A model generated the notes under the pieces. That model did no database searches. It saw only the letters and a list, made by a program, of their open reading frames with translations, and was not told the DNA's origin. Shown one piece after another: positions 40,569 to 50,638 of a stretch of 64,000 nucleotides of DNA. Source of the DNA: Candidatus Latescibacterota bacterium (GTDB lineage: Bacteria; Latescibacterota; UBA2968; UBA8231). Position numbers and translations under genes: made by a program. Location: positions 1,280,001 to 1,344,000 of the forward strand of contig CBDAOB010000005.1 of the NCBI GenBank assembly GCA_965197905.1. The letters are read 5' to 3'. The stretch's first letter is position 1. Each line of letters starts with the position of its first letter.

Positions 40569-41376
40569 CAAGGTTCCTGCAGGGTTCATCTTCAGCCAGG
40601 CGAATCTCAGCCTCTTCGAAGATTGTCCACGGAGGTTCTTCCTGCGATATCTGCGCAAGATGCCATGGCCTTCCGATCTCTCGGCCGCCGAGGAGGAACG
40701 GGAGAACGCCTTGGCCCGGGGCCAGCGGTTCCACTATCTGGTTCAGCAAGACGTTCTTGGTCTAGCAGCGGAGTCGGAGGTAGAGGCAAGTGAAGACCCG
40801 GTGCTGGCGAGATGGTGGTCCAACTTCAAGCTCTTCAAACACGAGGCGCCGGCAAACGAGCTATTCACCGAGCTGGAGCTGTGTGTGCCGTTCGGCGAGT
40901 TTATGGTCGTGGCGAAATTCGATCGACTGGTCGTCACGGTGAACGACGAATTTGTCATCTACGACTGGAAAACCGGTTTTCGCGAACCCAAGCTGCAGCA
41001 GTTCAAAACAAGCTGGCAAACCGCGATCTATCCGTTCGTGTTGGTTGAGGGGGGCGAGGTGATCAACGGGGAGCAGGCCATCGCACCCGACCGCGTCAGC
41101 ATTACCTATTGGTACGCCCAGTACCCTCAGACCGTACATCGCTTTCCTCACGACGAGGAGCAGCACGCGGCAACGCAGGTTCGACTGGCGCGGGCGATCG
41201 AAGAGATCTTAGGGAGGACGGGCGAGGAGGAGTTCGAACTCACTTCCGAAATCTCGCGATGTAGCGGATGTGAGTTTCGCTCCTATTGCGGCAGGCAGGC
41301 CGAGAAAGAATCCCCCATGGAAGAGGAAGGACTGGAATTTCTGGAGGATCTAGAGGTTCCGGACGAGCCGGATTAG
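40561..41376 (+). CDS. PD-(D/E)XK nuclease, RecB/AddB/Cas4-like, with four Cys
   Basis: FSQANL..CPRRF, G..FH, KFDRL..YDWKTG, QTAIY and C-terminal CSGCEFRSYC. Confidence 0.88.
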   Translation: MTDKVPAGFIFSQANLSLFEDCPRRFFLRYLRKMPWPSDLSAAEEERENALARGQRFHYLVQQDVLGLAAESEVEASEDPVLARWWSNFKLFKHEAPANELFTELELCVPFGEFMVVAKFDRLVVTVNDEFVIYDWKTGFREPKLQQFKTSWQTAIYPFVLVEGGEVINGEQAIAPDRVSITYWYAQYPQTVHRFPHDEEQHAATQVRLARAIEEILGRTGEEEFELTSEISRCSGCEFRSYCGRQAEKESPMEEEGLEFLEDLEVPDEPD

Positions 41377-42755
41377 TTGCCGTTGGTGACGGCGTCGCCG
41401 AACAAGGTGTGGGAGGTGGTGTTGTGGACGGTGACGTCTGTCAGAGAGTTTGGCGGTGCCTGTTGTGGAAAGATCACTGTCTTTCCCTGTGGCGAGCGAC
41501 CGAACATATTCCGCGTTTCTCCGCTCTGCCGTCGTGACGGGCCCTCCACGAGAACCTGCTCGATTCCTCCTATCCTCTCCTGATTTATCTCGAAGGAAAT
41601 GCGCTCCTGTAGCTGGATCACCTGCTGCAGGCGCTCACCCTTTTCCGACTCTGGAACATCGTCCGGCATGTTCTTGCTGGCGTAGGTGCCGGAGCGCTCG
41701 GAATATTTGAAGGTGAAGGCTGAATCGAAGCGGATCTCTTGCATCAACTCACAGGTCAACTCGAAGTCGGCGTCCGTTTCGCCGCAGAAACCCACGATGA
41801 TATCGGTGGTGAGCGCTAAGTCGGGAATAGCGAGGCGCAGCCGCTCGACGAGGCGGCGGTAACCGGTCAGATCATAACCGCGCCGCATGGCGGCGAGCTG
41901 CGCATCCGAGCCACTCTGCACCGGCAGATGCAGCGAAGGGCACACCGCGGGGATCTCAGCCATTGCCCGAATCGTGCGATCGTGGAAATCCTTGGGATAG
42001 GGCGAGGTGAAACGAACCCGCATGATGTCCGGGACCTCACTCACCAAACGTAGCAGATCGGCGAAGTCAGTGGTGCCGTCGTTGTAGGAATTTACCGTTT
42101 GCCCCAACAGGGTTACCTCCCTGTACCCCGCTGCCGCAATCTTCTCGACCTGCCTCACGATTTCCGCCGCGCTCACGCTGCGCTCGCGGCCGCGAACAAA
42201 CGGCACAACACAAAAGGTGCAAAACTTGTCACAGCCCCGGATGGCGGTGACCCAGGCATTGGTCCCGACAGTGCGGGCGGGGTCTATTCCGGCATACGTC
42301 TCCCCCCGACTGAGGCGCAGATCCAGCAAGGTGTCGTCCGCCGTCTCCCGTAGGATGTCCGGCAGGCGTCGGTAGGAATCGGGCCCCATCACCAGGTCAA
42401 CAAACGGCGCGCGCTGGGGTAAGGTTGCGGCCAGGTGCTGCGCCATGCAGCCCAGGATACCGATGGTGAGCTGAGGGTTCCTGTTGCGCAGTCCGTGCAG
42501 CTGACTCGCCCTGCCGATGACCCGCTCCTCGGCGTGCTCCCGCACGGCGCAGGTGTTGATCAAGATGATGTCGGCGCCGTCCGGTCGGTCCACGATGCGA
42601 TAGCCCGCATCCCTGAGGATGCTGGTTACCAGCTCCGAGTCCGCGACGTTCATCTGGCAACCGTAGGTCTCAACGTAGACGCGGCGGATCCCATCAGTGG
42701 GTATCTCCACCGCCTCGGTGGCCGGCAACGTTTCGATGTTGGTAAGTTCAACCAT
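41373..42755 (-). CDS. miaB: tRNA-2-methylthio-N6-dimethylallyladenosine synthase
   Basis: TYGCQMNVADSE, NTCAVRE, GCMAQ, GCDKFCTFCVVP and RFTSP motifs; TRAM C-terminus. Confidence 0.93.
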   Translation of the reverse strand: MVELTNIETLPATEAVEIPTDGIRRVYVETYGCQMNVADSELVTSILRDAGYRIVDRPDGADIILINTCAVREHAEERVIGRASQLHGLRNRNPQLTIGILGCMAQHLAATLPQRAPFVDLVMGPDSYRRLPDILRETADDTLLDLRLSRGETYAGIDPARTVGTNAWVTAIRGCDKFCTFCVVPFVRGRERSVSAAEIVRQVEKIAAAGYREVTLLGQTVNSYNDGTTDFADLLRLVSEVPDIMRVRFTSPYPKDFHDRTIRAMAEIPAVCPSLHLPVQSGSDAQLAAMRRGYDLTGYRRLVERLRLAIPDLALTTDIIVGFCGETDADFELTCELMQEIRFDSAFTFKYSERSGTYASKNMPDDVPESEKGERLQQVIQLQERISFEINQERIGGIEQVLVEGPSRRQSGETRNMFGRSPQGKTVIFPQQAPPNSLTDVTVHNTTSHTLFGDAVTNGN

Positions 42756-44088
42756 GTCTCACGGTCGTCTCGCCAAATACAAGATCCTCTCGCGCCTGCC
42801 CAACTCGCACCGTGTCGAACTGGTTGGTGCCACCTTCCCCGGGCGCGAACAGGGCTTTGATGTAGTTGTCGGTCAACCCCGAAGAAAGTTCCGTTCCATT
42901 GACCTTCTCTTCCTCAACTAGCACCTCGATTTCCTCGCCGACGTGCTGTTGGTGGAAGTCGAGGCGTTTGCGCTCGCCGAGGCGAATCAACTCCTGGCTG
43001 CGGCGTTTTTTCGCCTCCGCCGACTGCTGATCGATCAGACGCTCGGCGGGCGTACCCTCCCGCTGCGAATAGGAGAACACGTGCAGGTAGGTCAGCGGTA
43101 AGTCGGCAATGAATGTCAAAGCTTCGGAAAACTGGCCATCGCTTTCTCCGGGGAATCCGACCATCACGTCGGCGCCAATGGCGCATTTGGGGACCTCTCT
43201 CGCCAACCTTTCCACAAGACTCTGATACTCGGCGCTCCCATATCTCCGTCCCATGCGGCGCAACACGCGGTCGTCTCCGCTTTGTAGCGGAATGTGAAAA
43301 TGGCGACATAGCTTATCTGACGTGACGGCAAACTCGATCAAGGCCTCCGAAAAGTATCCGGGCTCCACGGAATTCAAACGCACGCGGGACAGGCCTTCGA
43401 TCGTCTCCATCTGCTCCAGCAAAAATACCAGCGCTTCGGGTTCCTGACGGTCGTAACCGTAGCTGCCGGTGTGTACGCCGGTAAGGGCGAGCTCTCGATA
43501 TCCGGCAGCCGCCATCGATCGAGCCTGTTCGACAATCTCGGGAATCGGTCGACTTCGGCCGGGACCGCGCACCGCGGGGATGATACAATAGGTGCAGTGC
43601 TCGTCGCAGCCGTCTTGAATCTGCAAGGCGCCGCGAGTCCGTCCTAGATCGACCGCTCCGCGCTGTTGTAGAAAACCGCTGGGCGAGACGGCGCTTGGCG
43701 AAATCTCCAGGTCTCGACCTTCGAGCCGTAGATGTGACTTGAGCCGCTCGTGCAGGTTCGACTTGGCGTTATTGTCAACGACCAGGCTGGCACCCGCTTC
43801 CTCGAGCTCATGCGGTCGTCGGTGCGCGTAACATCCCGTGGCGACCACCGTCGCCTCGGGGTTAGTGCGCCTGGCGCGACGTACCGCCTTGCGTGAATCG
43901 GCATCTCCCGAACCGGTCACGGTACAGGTGTTGATCACATAGATGTCTGCCGGATCGACAAACGGCACGATGCGGCAGTCTGACGTGTCGAATCCGAACT
44001 TCAGCGCATCGATCTCGTACTGATTCAGCTTGCAGCCAACGCTCTTGAAGGCAACTCGCAGAGGGGATGTGGTTTGCTGCGTGTCCAT
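42748..44088 (-). CDS. mtaB: tRNA t6A37 methylthiotransferase
   Basis: GCKLNQYE, NTCTVT, TGCYA, QDGCDEHCTYC, LTGVHTG, LHVFSYSQREGT and TDNY motifs. Confidence 0.92.
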   Translation of the reverse strand: MDTQQTTSPLRVAFKSVGCKLNQYEIDALKFGFDTSDCRIVPFVDPADIYVINTCTVTGSGDADSRKAVRRARRTNPEATVVATGCYAHRRPHELEEAGASLVVDNNAKSNLHERLKSHLRLEGRDLEISPSAVSPSGFLQQRGAVDLGRTRGALQIQDGCDEHCTYCIIPAVRGPGRSRPIPEIVEQARSMAAAGYRELALTGVHTGSYGYDRQEPEALVFLLEQMETIEGLSRVRLNSVEPGYFSEALIEFAVTSDKLCRHFHIPLQSGDDRVLRRMGRRYGSAEYQSLVERLAREVPKCAIGADVMVGFPGESDGQFSEALTFIADLPLTYLHVFSYSQREGTPAERLIDQQSAEAKKRRSQELIRLGERKRLDFHQQHVGEEIEVLVEEEKVNGTELSSGLTDNYIKALFAPGEGGTNQFDTVRVGQAREDLVFGETTVRHG

Positions 44089-44193
44089 TCCTATCAGTCT
44101 CCGTAATGCTGAAACTTAGACGGTCGGTTGGGAATAGGCAACGCGTCGGTCGTTCAGTCCGCGGACCGGTTGCATTCTAGCTGGGAAATTTCC

Positions 44194-46431
44194 TCAAGCG
44201 GGTTCGAGTTGGGCGTAAGCGACGGCCACCTTCTTTATCCGATTGTTTCCAAAGCGGATGGATAGCTTGAGATCGGCACCGACTCCTTCGCTGGATTCGA
44301 TGCGTCCCCGTCCCCAGGTGGGATGCAGCACCCAGTTGCCTACGCTCAGGAAATCGTCGCCGGCCTCAGCGTAATCGTAACTCGGGGTGGCGGATTCGTC
44401 CCATTCGTAGTGAACGCCCTGCTTGGCGGGTTGTTTCTCAGGAGGGGGCGGCAGTATCCGCCGCGGCCGCCGTGGAGCGGAGTAGGACTGGTGTCGCGAT
44501 CTGTTCTTGTGCAAAAGGTCGGTCGGAATCTCATCGACGAATCGCGAGGGAGCCGATTCGCGAAACGCTCCGAACGCGAAACGGCGCTCGGCGTGAGAAA
44601 GGTAGAGTCGCTCGCGGGCGCGGGTGATTCCAACATAGAATAGTCGCCGTTCCTCCTCCAGAGATTCGGGATTGGTGCGAGCTTCTTCCAACGCTCTCGC
44701 CGTGGGAAAGAGATCCTCTTCCAGGCCGCAGATGAACACGATCGGGAACTCCAGTCCTTTGGCGCTGTGCAGCGTCATCAAGGTGATCGCCTCGTCCTCA
44801 TAGGACAGTTCGTCGGTGGGGGACATCAACGATTTGGCTTCCAGGAACTCCTCGAGGGTCGGATTCTCTTCTTCTTGACTGAATTCTGCCATGTCCGCAA
44901 TCAGCTGATCCACATTCTGCTCCCTCACCTCCGCCTCCGGGGTTCCCTCGGTTCTCAACATCTCCCGGTAGCCCGACTGCTCGAACACCTCCATTCCCAG
45001 GGAGGGCAGGTTGAGTTCGTCGAGCCGCTCGCGTAGCGACTTGATCATGGTATTGAATAAGCCCAGTTGTTTTCTGGAACGCGAGTTGAGCGCCGTGATC
45101 TCCGCAAGATGGTTCAGGGAATCGGTCAGCGGCAGGCGGTGTTGCCTGCCGTATTCCGCCAGGGTTCCGAGAGTCGTATCGCCGATCCCGCGCTTGGGAA
45201 CGTTGACGATGCGCCGCAGGCTAACGTCGTCGGCCGGATTGATCAAGATTCTCAGGTACGCGAGAAGGTCTTTGATCTCCCGGCGTTCGTAGAATCGCAG
45301 GCCGCCAACGATTTCGTATTTGATGCCGGCTCCCTGTAGCTCCTGCTCGAGCGCCCGCGATTGGGCGTTGGTGCGGTACAATACGGCCATGTCCTTGGCT
45401 GTGTGTACTCCGAAATGGCCGGAGATGGTCTCAGTGATTTGGCGCGCCTCTCCCCGGTCGTCGGCGCATTCCGACAACTCGATCGGATCGCCCTCCGCTC
45501 CTTCGGTCCAGAGATTTTTGCCCTTGCGACGCTGGTTGTTCTGAATGACCGCGTTGGCAGCGGCGAGGATTCGCCCGGTCGAACGGTAATTCTGCTCCAG
45601 GCGCACCGTCTTTGCATCCGGATAATCTCGTTCAAAGTCGAGTATGTTGCGGATGTCGGCGCCGCGAAACTGATAGATCGACTGATCGTCGTCCCCTACA
45701 CAACAGATGTTGCGGTGTTGTTTGGCAAGCAGTCGAGTCAGGAGGTATTGTGGACGGTTCGTGTCCTGGTATTCGTCGATAAGAACGTGCTGAAACCGGG
45801 TCTGGTAATCTTCGAGAACCTCGTTGTTATCCTGTAGACGACGCACTAATTCTACCAGAAGGTCGTCGAAGTCCATCGCGTTGTTCTGGGCCAGCGCCTG
45901 CTGATACGCTGCGTATACCTCGGCTAGCTGCCGTTTCTGATATGAGCTTCCTGCCTCTTGGCCGAAACGGGTGGCGTCGATCATGGCGTTCTTGGCGCGG
46001 CTGATCTGGCCGACGACCGATCGCGGCGTCAAATCATCCGGATTGATGTCCAAATTCTTCAATACGGTCCGCACTAGGGCCCGTCGGTCCTCCTCGTCGT
46101 AGATGGTGAAGCGAGAGTCGACGCCAAGCCGGGCCCCGTCGAACCGCAGGATCTTGGCGCAGATGGCGTGAAAGGTGCCGAGCCATATGTCGCGGGATTC
46201 GTCTCCCACCAGATCCACAACCCGCTGGCGCATTTCGCCGGCCGCTTTATTGGTGAAGGTGACGGCGAGAATCTTCCACGGCAGTACGCTGGCTTCTTTG
46301 ATCAGATGCGCAATGCGATAGGTAAGAACCCGGGTCTTTCCGGATCCAGCTCCGGCGAGAACCAATAACGGTCCCGATCTGATTTCGGCGGCTTCTCGCT
46401 GGGCCGGGTTGAGATCGTCGAGAAAATTCAT
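44194..46431 (-). CDS. pcrA: DNA helicase PcrA/UvrD
   Basis: LNPAQ, AGAGSGKT, TFTNKAA, DEYQDTN, LEQNYRST, HSAKGLEFP and EERRLFYVGITRA motifs; C-terminal Tudor-like HPTWGRG. Confidence 0.93.
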   Translation of the reverse strand: MNFLDDLNPAQREAAEIRSGPLLVLAGAGSGKTRVLTYRIAHLIKEASVLPWKILAVTFTNKAAGEMRQRVVDLVGDESRDIWLGTFHAICAKILRFDGARLGVDSRFTIYDEEDRRALVRTVLKNLDINPDDLTPRSVVGQISRAKNAMIDATRFGQEAGSSYQKRQLAEVYAAYQQALAQNNAMDFDDLLVELVRRLQDNNEVLEDYQTRFQHVLIDEYQDTNRPQYLLTRLLAKQHRNICCVGDDDQSIYQFRGADIRNILDFERDYPDAKTVRLEQNYRSTGRILAAANAVIQNNQRRKGKNLWTEGAEGDPIELSECADDRGEARQITETISGHFGVHTAKDMAVLYRTNAQSRALEQELQGAGIKYEIVGGLRFYERREIKDLLAYLRILINPADDVSLRRIVNVPKRGIGDTTLGTLAEYGRQHRLPLTDSLNHLAEITALNSRSRKQLGLFNTMIKSLRERLDELNLPSLGMEVFEQSGYREMLRTEGTPEAEVREQNVDQLIADMAEFSQEEENPTLEEFLEAKSLMSPTDELSYEDEAITLMTLHSAKGLEFPIVFICGLEEDLFPTARALEEARTNPESLEEERRLFYVGITRARERLYLSHAERRFAFGAFRESAPSRFVDEIPTDLLHKNRSRHQSYSAPRRPRRILPPPPEKQPAKQGVHYEWDESATPSYDYAEAGDDFLSVGNWVLHPTWGRGRIESSEGVGADLKLSIRFGNNRIKKVAVAYAQLEPA

Positions 46432-46452
46432 TCTAGAGAGGTCGAACCGACG

Positions 46453-47511
46453 CTAGTTGGCGAGTCTCGCGCGCCGACGTTCGAGGCGCAGAGTGCGCTT
46501 GGCCTGTTCGTGCTCCTTGTTCGTGCGGCTGAAGATATGGCCGCCGTCCCCGCGGGCGACGAAATACAGATACTCGGTATCCGCTGGAAACAGGGTGGCC
46601 ATGATGGATGCACGGCCGGGATTGCCGATGGGCCCTGGGGGCAGGCCGCGGTGCCGGTATGTATTGAATGGGGAGTCTACCTGGAGGTCGGCGTTGGTCA
46701 ATCGTTTCTTGTGCACTCCGAGCGCGTACTCCACGGTGGCGCAGGATGCCAATCGCCGATTGAAATCGAGCCGGCGTTGAAAGACGGCCGAGATGACGGG
46801 CCTTTCCGCCGGGATGCGCGCTTCTCTCTCCACGATGGAGGCGAGGGTTACCGCCTGATGCAAGCTCATCCCGATCATCGGCAATCGCCGGTGAAGCGAA
46901 TCGGCAAACACCACGCGAAATTCATCGACCATACGTGCGACGACCTCCTCCTCCGTTGCGTCTAAATCCAGAAAGTAGGTCTCGGGGAAGAGGTACCCCT
47001 CCATGGTCGGTGCCTCAATGCCAAGCCGAGACAGGAAGGCGGGATCCTCGGTCAGCGCGACAATACGCGCCGAATCGAGAGTTGTCTGGCGACTCAGCTG
47101 CGACGCGGTCTCGTGACGAGTTAGTCCTTCCGGGATGGTAACGCGCTGGGTTTGGATGGGTGCGCGCAAGAGGTCTTCTAGGAGAGCACTCGTACTCCTG
47201 GTGCCATCGAGCCGATAGGTTCCCGCCTCGAGCTTATGCGCCTGTTTCCTGACCCGCGCCAACCATTCGAAGATCCGCGCATCGCGAATCAATCCCCTCT
47301 CGTAAAGCAGGTCGCCGATGGCTCGCGCGCTCATGCCCGGATCGATGCGTACATCTCTTGCTTGTCTCATTCCGGTCGGGCGGTTGAGCATCCAAACCGC
47401 CAACGCGGTGCCGGCGGCGGCAGAGCCGCTCAACAGCACCAGAATCAACAGGACGATCTTGTAATTGCGAACTATCAAGGTCGTGGACATCGGTGGGGCA
47501 GGGTCGAGCAA
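46453..47511 (-). CDS. mltG: Endolytic transglycosylase MltG (start could be ATG 47490)
   Basis: N-terminal TM; VTIPEG, EGYLFPETY, LASIVERE, SPFNTY, GLPPGPI and YLYFVA motifs. Confidence 0.93.
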   Translation of the reverse strand: MLDPAPPMSTTLIVRNYKIVLLILVLLSGSAAAGTALAVWMLNRPTGMRQARDVRIDPGMSARAIGDLLYERGLIRDARIFEWLARVRKQAHKLEAGTYRLDGTRSTSALLEDLLRAPIQTQRVTIPEGLTRHETASQLSRQTTLDSARIVALTEDPAFLSRLGIEAPTMEGYLFPETYFLDLDATEEEVVARMVDEFRVVFADSLHRRLPMIGMSLHQAVTLASIVEREARIPAERPVISAVFQRRLDFNRRLASCATVEYALGVHKKRLTNADLQVDSPFNTYRHRGLPPGPIGNPGRASIMATLFPADTEYLYFVARGDGGHIFSRTNKEHEQAKRTLRLERRRARLAN

Positions 47512-47535
47512 TTCTGGGTTGGGTGGGGGGAGGAG

Positions 47536-47564
47536 ATAGTACTATCAGCCCCGTTTCGGTGCAA
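47536..47564 (-). promoter_or_regulatory. Putative sigma-70 promoter for mltG-pcrA
   Basis: Minus strand reads TTGCAC-N17-TACTAT. Confidence 0.5.
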
Positions 47565-47581
47565 GAAAGGGCGGAATGCGC

Positions 47582-48799
47582 TTACTCGCTGCGAAACAGG
47601 GTGAGAAAGAAGTCGTGAACATGGGGGCTGAGGGGCATCGGTTTTGAGGTGGTGGTCTCTACCTCTTCGCCGGCCGGGGACGCCACGTATTCAGTCTCTG
47701 AATTAGAGCGCGAATCCGAACTCATCCGCGACTTGAATTCGTTGTACCTCTTTCTCCGATTGGAGTAATCGGAGGCGAGATTGCGCAGGAATCCGTTGTG
47801 TTCGGTGGCCCAGGCGTCGCGGGCGCTCTCGAGCTCATCACACACCGAGTCAAAGAGCTCGTCCTGCCCCCAACAGCGTTGGTGGGCGCTCAGATGCACC
47901 AGATTGTCTCCCGATAACAGCGCCGTACCCGAGACGCCATTGCCGGTAAAGGCGAGGGAGCGACCGGCGCTTTTGAGACTGCGGCTCTGCAGTACGAGGT
48001 TGTTCTTGCTGGCTTCAGCAATTTCGGCCAGTACCGTCTTTACCCTGTTCGGGGAGACGACGTTGCTTCCCGACTGGGTAATCGCGTCCACCAGTGCGCT
48101 GCGAAGAACTGAGTCGTAGCGATCTTCCAGAATCTCGGGATCGGTGTAGAGTTCGACGAAGAGGTCGTGACCGACGGCGGAGATGGTGCCGACCTGTCCC
48201 GGACGCCGCGGAAACAGGTCGCTGAGGTTATGCATCTCGAAGGCGTTGTCGTTCATGACGGCATGAAGGTCATGGGTCTTCGAAACCGTACCGGCCATAT
48301 TAAGGTAGGACTTCACCTTCTCCCATACTTCGTACTGGGGAATCTCTCCCGATCGTGCCAGGTTCTCCATTTTGAATGAACGCAAGTACCAAGGGCAGGT
48401 GCTGGACTGGGTAAAACGAGCCTGGTATTCGGTGGGTTGTCCTTCCTCGACGCAATTCACTGGTAGTGACGCGCGACAGTACGGTGGGACAAGGCAGCTG
48501 TACTGCAGGGACCGCAGTTGGGTGGGGCCGAGCAACACGTCGGATTCACCGGCCAGAACCGACGCCGGCAGCGGATTTTCTACATGCACCCGGTTCACCA
48601 ATCCGGTATCGTGGAGACTCACTCCACGGCGCATCGCTTCCGAAAGCGTTATCAGGGGCGAAGGATGGGGATCCAGTGAGGGCGGAAACAGGGGATACAC
48701 CACCATGTTCGGCACGCGGCCGAGACGATCGAATTGCGGCGGACCGACAACGATGCTGTCGAGGCGATCCTGGAGGAATTTCGACAGAGAAAAGGGCAT
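47582..48799 (-). CDS. ARPP-1 / DUF6569-like protein
   Basis: ITLSEAM, EN....VLAGE...LG..Q.R, PVNCVEEG, QYEVWEKV and GQVG segments match the family pattern as I recall it. Confidence 0.65.
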   Translation of the reverse strand: MPFSLSKFLQDRLDSIVVGPPQFDRLGRVPNMVVYPLFPPSLDPHPSPLITLSEAMRRGVSLHDTGLVNRVHVENPLPASVLAGESDVLLGPTQLRSLQYSCLVPPYCRASLPVNCVEEGQPTEYQARFTQSSTCPWYLRSFKMENLARSGEIPQYEVWEKVKSYLNMAGTVSKTHDLHAVMNDNAFEMHNLSDLFPRRPGQVGTISAVGHDLFVELYTDPEILEDRYDSVLRSALVDAITQSGSNVVSPNRVKTVLAEIAEASKNNLVLQSRSLKSAGRSLAFTGNGVSGTALLSGDNLVHLSAHQRCWGQDELFDSVCDELESARDAWATEHNGFLRNLASDYSNRRKRYNEFKSRMSSDSRSNSETEYVASPAGEEVETTTSKPMPLSPHVHDFFLTLFRSE

Positions 48800-48800
48800 G

Positions 48801-49310
48801 CTACGCCAGCGCCGCCGCGAAGTTAAAAGCGCCCACCCCGAATGCCAGACTGCAGTAGCCGGCGAGAACGGCCAGTCCCACAAAGAGTGGCAGCAGGACC
48901 ACCATGGCGTAGTCCGGGTTGGCGTCTTGGGCGCTTCTCAGCTCGAGCACGGCAAGGGTGGCGTCGTGACCGAGAATCGTGCCTATGGAAGCGGTGACCG
49001 CGGCGAGAACCGTCTGGAGCTGAGACCAGCGGAGGAAATAGTCGAGAAGGAATACGGCCGATATGGCCAGCACCAGGCAGAGAGGCCAGCGCAGGTGTCC
49101 ACCGAGAACGCGGTGAAGACGCATGAAGTATATTACCGCCGCGGCGTAGGGCCCGAGGGCAAACATGCCTAGGCTTATGCCGATGGCCACTGTCAGAATG
49201 AGCTTGGGGTGCGGGCCCCAGAGGGCAATGGCGACACCGACGCCGAACCAGATGGCCATAAGTGGCCAGGCGTTCCACATACGATCGGAAAAGCTAACCG
49301 CGGAATTCAT
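48801..49310 (-). CDS. Small multi-pass membrane protein
   Basis: 169 aa with about five hydrophobic segments; stop is 1 nt from the next start. Confidence 0.55.
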   Translation of the reverse strand: MNSAVSFSDRMWNAWPLMAIWFGVGVAIALWGPHPKLILTVAIGISLGMFALGPYAAAVIYFMRLHRVLGGHLRWPLCLVLAISAVFLLDYFLRWSQLQTVLAAVTASIGTILGHDATLAVLELRSAQDANPDYAMVVLLPLFVGLAVLAGYCSLAFGVGAFNFAAALA

Positions 49311-49396
49311 TTCGATGGTTGTTCGCTGGGATTAGATCAATGCCTGGCGGAAATACCGCCTAAACTACATATCGGCAGATCTGCGGATCTCCGCTC

Positions 49397-50380
49397 TCAC
49401 TGGTACTTTTCTTCCTCTGCCGAGCTGACGATCGTGGTGATCTTGACTACCCGTTTTTTACCGTTCAAACCCGGTCGCCCCAGAAATTTCGGTCGTTCGC
49501 CCACGATTACCACGGCGGGGTCGCTCTTGGCGGTGTCGAGCTTGACCACGTCTCCCTCTTGCAGACTGGAGAGCTCTTGGAGTGAGATGTGGCCGTTAGC
49601 CAACTCCACTACTATCGGCACCTGGATCTTGGCTAGAGCAGCTTTGGATGCGGGTGGGGGTTTTCGTTTCGGACTGGCGTTTGGCACCGGGCGCCGGGGC
49701 GCCAGTCTGGACAAGACCGGGTCCAGGGTCGTCATAGGGTAGCAGAGGTGAATCTGGCCCGTAACCCCTTTCGAATTCACCTCGAAGGCAAGAACGACTG
49801 CCGGATCGGAAGGACCAGCGATGCGAATGAATTCAGGATTTGATTCGAAGGAGACATCCCTCACTTCAACGGCCGCAGCCGTCTCCCAGGCGGCCTCAAG
49901 GTTGTTCAACACCGATGTGGCCAGACGATTGACCACCTTGCGTTCGATCTGCGTAAATGTCCGAGGCTCGAACTCGACCGAATTTCCATGCCCCCCGAAT
50001 GAGCGGTCTATGACCATCATCAATAGCTCTGGCGATATGGTGAGCAGGGCCGTGCCCCCGGGGGGTTCCAGAACGTAGCTGTAGCCGGCGCAGGGATTTG
50101 CGAGCCCTAGGATGAACTCACTGTAGGGGATTTCATCACAGACCCCCAGTTCGACGTCGACCACAAGTCGGGTCGAGCCGGAGAGGGAGGCGGCAGTCAA
50201 CCGTGCAAATTGCTCGTGGATGCCCTCGAGGAACCGTGTCTGCTCCGAACTGACCCGTTGCTGCCGTTTGAAATCGTAGGTAAGAGGTAGGGGCGCCGAC
50301 GAGCTCGAATCCGACCCCGAACCCGGTTTCTGGGCGTGCAGCAACTCGTGGAGTTCCTCTTCAGAAAGCCCTTCTGCCAC
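49397..50380 (-). CDS. fliM: Flagellar motor switch protein FliM
   Basis: LSEEELHELL (CheY-binding-like), YDFKR, HEQFAR, RTFTQIE and ESNPEF motifs; SpoA C-terminus. Confidence 0.88.
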   Translation of the reverse strand: MAEGLSEEELHELLHAQKPGSGSDSSSSAPLPLTYDFKRQQRVSSEQTRFLEGIHEQFARLTAASLSGSTRLVVDVELGVCDEIPYSEFILGLANPCAGYSYVLEPPGGTALLTISPELLMMVIDRSFGGHGNSVEFEPRTFTQIERKVVNRLATSVLNNLEAAWETAAAVEVRDVSFESNPEFIRIAGPSDPAVVLAFEVNSKGVTGQIHLCYPMTTLDPVLSRLAPRRPVPNASPKRKPPPASKAALAKIQVPIVVELANGHISLQELSSLQEGDVVKLDTAKSDPAVVIVGERPKFLGRPGLNGKKRVVKITTIVSSAEEEKYQ

Positions 50381-50499
50381 GGTTCTCAGTCCGTCTCCGT
50401 ACCATGTATCTAGCTAGTACTAATGAACTTAGGGCGAACCACGTAGGTTGTTAACCAGTTCCAACTATAAAGGTATCGCAACCTGTTTCAAATGATGGG

Positions 50500-50526
50500 T
50501 AAAGTTTTTCTGCCCGCCGCCGATAA
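50500..50526 (+). promoter_or_regulatory. Sigma-28 (FliA) promoter
   Basis: TAAAGTTT-N11-GCCGATAA, an exact consensus match upstream of fliS. Confidence 0.85.
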
Positions 50527-50638
50527 TGGAAGAGTGATTGATAATATTTAGTATTAAGTAGTATTAATCATACTCCCCGCTCGAATACTCCCCGTCCGCT
50601 AAATAGGACGGTCTAACATGCGATATAGGAGGCCAAGG

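Noticed and set aside
40561..41376. Nuclease as a CRISPR Cas4
   Set aside because: No cas1/cas2 or array; it is coupled to UvrD-family genes instead.
49369..49395. Minus-strand GCCGATAT as a second sigma-28 promoter
   Set aside because: No TAAA-like -35 element at the 15-nt spacing.
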